A stretch of DNA of 64,000 nt from Lingula anatina (lineage: Eukaryota; Animalia; Brachiopoda), in NCBI GenBank assembly GCA_051362555.1, contig CM120645.1, positions 11,656,001-11,720,000 on the forward strand. The letters are read 5' to 3'. Position 1 is the first letter of the stretch; every line of letters begins with the position of its first letter. The translations under genes were made by a program, and so were the position numbers. Below, one piece after another: positions 59,991-64,000 of the stretch. The notes beneath the pieces are model-generated. The model was given only the letters and a program-made list of their open reading frames with translations, was not told the DNA's origin and did no database searches.

Positions 59991-61131
59991 AATGTTACCA
60001 GGGCAAGCATATGAATCAACACTGGGTAACTCCCCAGTTCCCCTCTAGCCGCTAGATTAGATGCATTTCTGTGGACCCCCAGGATTGTTTTAAGGGCTTT
60101 TATGTGGACATCTTCAGCAGGTGGTATGCCACAGATTTGCAGAAGATTACTCATCATGCTAGGCTTGGGGACTAAAGGGGCCCATATTTCACAGCCGTAG
60201 CTAAGTAAAGGGAGTATTAGAGTGGAAAAAAAGTTTACGAGCAATTGCAACTGGGCTAGAAAGCAGCTGGTGACGGATTTTAAAAAATGCTTTTTGTGCT
60301 TTGATTTTCAGTAATCCATTGCTTTATTGAATTTTCCTGAAGGTAAGGTGTGAATACCAAACCCAAGTAGCAATATTCTGAGCATATTTCTATCTGTTCA
60401 GTTCCTAGAGAAAAGGTTAGATTATTCAATAATCGGCCAGGTTTATTAAAAATCATTACTTTTGTTTTTTGGACATTTACTATCAGCTTCCAGGTTTCAC
60501 AGTATTTATCCAAACTATTGAGTGCAGTCTGAAGTCCAGCCGGGCTCTCTGATAGTATAAAGAGGTCATCCGCATACATAAGACAACTAAGAGGTTTATC
60601 CCTAAGGCGAACAACGTTGTTGAGGAACAGGTCGGGAATGTCTCTAATGAAGATGTTGAACAGTAAGGGACTGAGGACGCAATTTCTTGAAATTTACCTA
60701 AATCTTGTTCTAGTAACTGGAAGATATAATCGCGCTGTTGACCGAAACTACTTCCTACTGGGCTAATGTATACGCAGCATATGAAGAGATCTCTACTAAG
60801 CCCAAACTTTTTACACAGTTTGAGCCACCTGAATTCACTGTTGGTTTCTTTAAGGAATTTAACACCTTTTAGTAATTCTTACTTTACACCAATGGCAATC
60901 CCCCTGATGCTTTAGGTGATTTAGGGGATCTGGAACGCACCATTAATTCTATGTGGAACCCATCCACTGTGAGAATGTCAGAGTTTTCACAGTGAGTTTC
61001 AACCAGGCAAAAAATATCAAGGGAGGACAGGGCCTGTTGGAATTCGGGTAGCTCAAACTTAACAATTCTTTCATTAGCAATTCTTTTAAATAAACCACCA
61101 ACATTCCAAGCACCAATATTTACCTGCCTGG
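59991..61131 (-). mobile_element. Mirror copy of the LINE endonuclease/RT relic
   Basis: ORFs 60884-61147, 60280-60579 and 59897-60250 translate identically to the left-arm ORFs. Confidence 0.88.
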
Positions 61132-61387
61132 TAAAGAAAGACGCCAATACAGAACAGAATATAAGTGGGAGATGAGAGCTACATTGGTACTTCCAATGAG
61201 ACTATCGTTCTACGTAGATCGATTCAACTCCGCGGGGATTCTTGCTGAATGCAATCATATTAGAACGCCTCCTCTTGTTTCCAACGTACTCGTTTAATAA
61301 CCAGTATAACTGTATTCAACTCAACGTCAGGAGGAGGCATGATAATCTGTTAATCGATCCTATTCCACTGTAATCGTAATCTGTTAA

Positions 61388-62030
61388 GAAACTTTCGAAA
61401 CTTTTAAGCGTTATCAATTCAACACTAGATGCCAGGCTAAAGGTGAGACGATAGAGGATTATGTTAGTGTTTTAAAAGAACTAGCAAAAATGTGTAATTT
61501 CTGCAATTGCATGCGGGACAGTCTACTCAGAGACAGGATAATCATTGGCGTTAACGACAGCAATGTTCCAAGACAGAAACCTAACACTTGAAAGATGCAT
61601 CGATATTTGCAGGAGCTACGAAAGCACGTCAAGGCATATGTCTGTCCTAAATGACTCTGCTATCTCTGAGAATTCATTACATGTTGTCCGGAAGGCGGAT
61701 AAGAAGAAAAACAAACAGCCTGCCAGGAAGTTTCCACCCCCTCCATAATCCAGTGCAAATTTTGGGGTAAGAGTCACCCTAGAAGAAAAGAGCTATGCCT
61801 AGCCTGGGTAAGCAGTGTTCCAAATGTAAAGTGTCGAACCACTTTGCTATCTGCTGCCCTACTGTGAAGAAAGTTCATGTGTGTAACTGATGATACTCAG
61901 GTGAATTCGGTAAATGCTGGACCTATTTGTGCTCAAATGTCGTTAGAAAATGGAAAGCACGTGATATTCCAGATCGACAGTGTTCATGTGATACCTGAGA
62001 AACATGTCCAAGGCACTAAGCTTGAACACT
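61388..62030 (+). mobile_element. Gypsy/Ty3 LTR retrotransposon gag-protease relic
   Basis: RYQFNTRCQAKGETI*DYV..LKELAKMCNF..DSLLRDRIIIGVND, LTLERCIDICRSYE, a degenerate CCHC knuckle (..KCK..NHFAICC) and protease FQIDS; frameshifts and stops. Confidence 0.85.
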
Positions 62031-62477
62031 GATGGTTCTGTAAAAGAATTTTACTTTTTTACCTCCTATACAACAAGTACATTAATATGACAGATACTGA
62101 CTACTATAGAAACAACTTCATCCAAGTGTCTATTACAATGATATATAAAAATTGTAATGTGCTCAAAATTCAGTCATAAAAACATTTACCTTGTACAAAT
62201 AAAAAGACAGCAGAGAATACTTATTTCAACGTAAACACTCGATCATAGATTTACCTGGTTAAACCAATGATTTAGCAAATACGTATACAGGCTGGTCCAC
62301 TTAACATATAGCAAGTGATTTTATCACATAATTGATACCAACTGATGTGAACAGCTTATTAATATATCCTCATGATTTTAGGAAAGGGCATATAATAGGT
62401 GTCTCAGTATGTCCTTCTTATGAGGAAATCAGCTATAAAAAATTGTAAGCAAATAAGACCCACTGTTTAAGGGACCA

Positions 62478-62815
62478 TTCCTACAGATATTTGGATTGAT
62501 CTATTTCCCTGGGGAGTCTCACTAAATTGCTATCAATTTAACTGACTTAAATGTCTGCCACACCTAGTAAAGCTACTAGGGGGTAATTATCTTTATCCTA
62601 GCTGATTCAGTAGGCGTGACAGACATTTTTTAAGCTGGGAAGGGAAGTTACAGGAATAATTCCTAACAGTCCTAATTATGTTCATCACATCGCAGCTTTT
62701 TTTGTAAAAAGCTAGCCAACTTATTCTGGATCAAGAAATATTCCCTGAAGTGCATTCTCAATAAAGTTGGGCTTAGCTTATACATCTTTATATAAGAGAT
62801 CTTCTAAGGGAATGG
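62478..62815 (-). mobile_element. Diverged copy of the 12060-12271 MITE family
   Basis: 62505-62595 aligns by eye to the reverse complement of 12148-12241 (GGGGAGTCTCACTA..CTTAAATGTC..GGGGGTAATTA). Right boundary approximate. Confidence 0.6.
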
Positions 62816-63336
62816 GGTAGCTAACTATGCTGATTACAAGCCATGTAAATCCTTTTCATGATGCCCATCTTATCAGGCCCAAATCATTTATAACAACTCC
62901 TTTGAAAATGAACATTCACTGATGGGTGCACATGTGCAGCAATGTATAGTTGGGAAAGACCCATGCACTCTATAAATAATAAAAAATATTCTACTGTAAC
63001 GTTTGAGCTATGGCCACTTAAAATCTCATAATAACATTTGTTTGTATACCCTATAGTGTTCAGCCTTAATTTATTTTGTGTAAATTTAATGCTAATATCA
63101 ATTAACCAATAATGAGATATTATTTAAGAATTTTTTCATGTTTAAAATAATACCAAATACAGTGGTTCAAACCTACACAATTGATGTTGGTCCTTTCACA
63201 GTAGTTTTCAGACAACTTTTTATTATCCGGTACAGTGACCGTGATAAGATTGATCATACATTTCAGGTGGGTTTTTCATGGAAACATTGTGATCTTCATT
63301 AATCAAGTAGATTTTAATCAATCAGTTGTGAAAAAC

Positions 63337-63386
63337 TTAGGTAGACAACAAGTTGGATTGACTGTGATCAGGTTGGTCAAAACCAC
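63337..63386 (-). CDS. Possible short terminal exon of a gene beyond the window end (GFDQPDHSQSNLLST*)
   Basis: Pyrimidine-rich acceptor TTTTATCACTCTTAAAG|GT, a short open frame, then UTR-like AT-rich sequence. Weak support. Confidence 0.2.
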
Positions 63387-64000
63387 CTTTAAGAGTGATA
63401 AAATCCAGATAATTAAAATAACACACTAACAAATGGAAGCACACCTTTAATTTAACATTTCTTTAGTAAATGTTACTAAATCAATCTACACGCCTTTTCT
63501 TTCAACATTAAACATCTTTAAAAGTATCACCCTCGGATGTATTTTACGAATCACGGGTAATGAAATATAACTATATCTCATTTGCGACACCTGTTAGTAT
63601 CATATGTGCCTTGGTCTAAGACATGATTTACACATGCCATACAATCAAACTGGCCAGTTAACTTGGTCTAAGACATTCCCAATATAATTACACATGCCTT
63701 ACAAACAAAACTGCAGCTTGGCCAATAAACTTAGTAAATTAACTTGCCCATTATGCTGTTAACAATGAAAAAACACCATTAAGACTGGGTCCAGTCAGGC
63801 CCTAATTTAGATGGGGTCTTGGCTTCTTAGGCATAGGACCAGATTTGGTCTGGGCCTGTGACATGTACATGTAACATCAGACATGTACAGGTACAATGTA
63901 CAGACTCGACATTTAATATGGAATATTTTTTCCAAATCATTTTTCATCAGTTTTTCCCATTTTACTGACTGATAAATGAAAATAAGGATTAAAATCGTGT

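Larger units (their letters stand above)
57693..61387 (-). repeat. Right arm (3695 bp) of the 8.5 kb inverted repeat
   Basis: Reverse complement of 52874-56592 with about a dozen substitutions seen by eye and one net 24-bp indel. Confidence 0.97.

Noticed and set aside
52874-61387. Whole palindrome as a single piggyBac-like element because both outer ends read TTAA
   Set aside because: TTAA is self-complementary and lies within the arms, the boundary cuts through a MITE, and there are no CCC..GGG termini.

Overview
AT-rich, intron-containing animal DNA, probably a lophotrochozoan such as a mollusc (inferred from composition and repeat types only). The first ~46 kb is gene-dense. It holds a small basic orphan gene (-) and an 18-exon tubulin glycylase TTLL3/8 gene (-, ~1215 aa) with an unusual N-terminal xTFxPK-repeat extension. 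Divergent from it is a rolling stone-like membrane-protein locus (+) with two tandem paralogous terminal exons, followed by a 9-exon BTB-BACK-6xKelch gene (-) and a divergent 2-exon orphan gene (+). One TTLL intron carries a ~5.5 kb element inserted in a (GT)n microsatellite, with bipartite ends, 11 copies of a 10-bp motif, nested transposons and an internal satellite. The last ~16 kb is repeat-derived: a LINE 3' end, a 292-bp tandem duplication, MITEs, a Gypsy gag relic and an 8.5 kb palindrome (3.7 kb arms, 1.1 kb spacer). The palindrome looks like a TTAA-flanked long-TIR element whose symmetry was extended into flanking DNA. Exon boundaries were derived by hand from GT-AG sites and phase. 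No database searches were run; family names rest on motif recognition.
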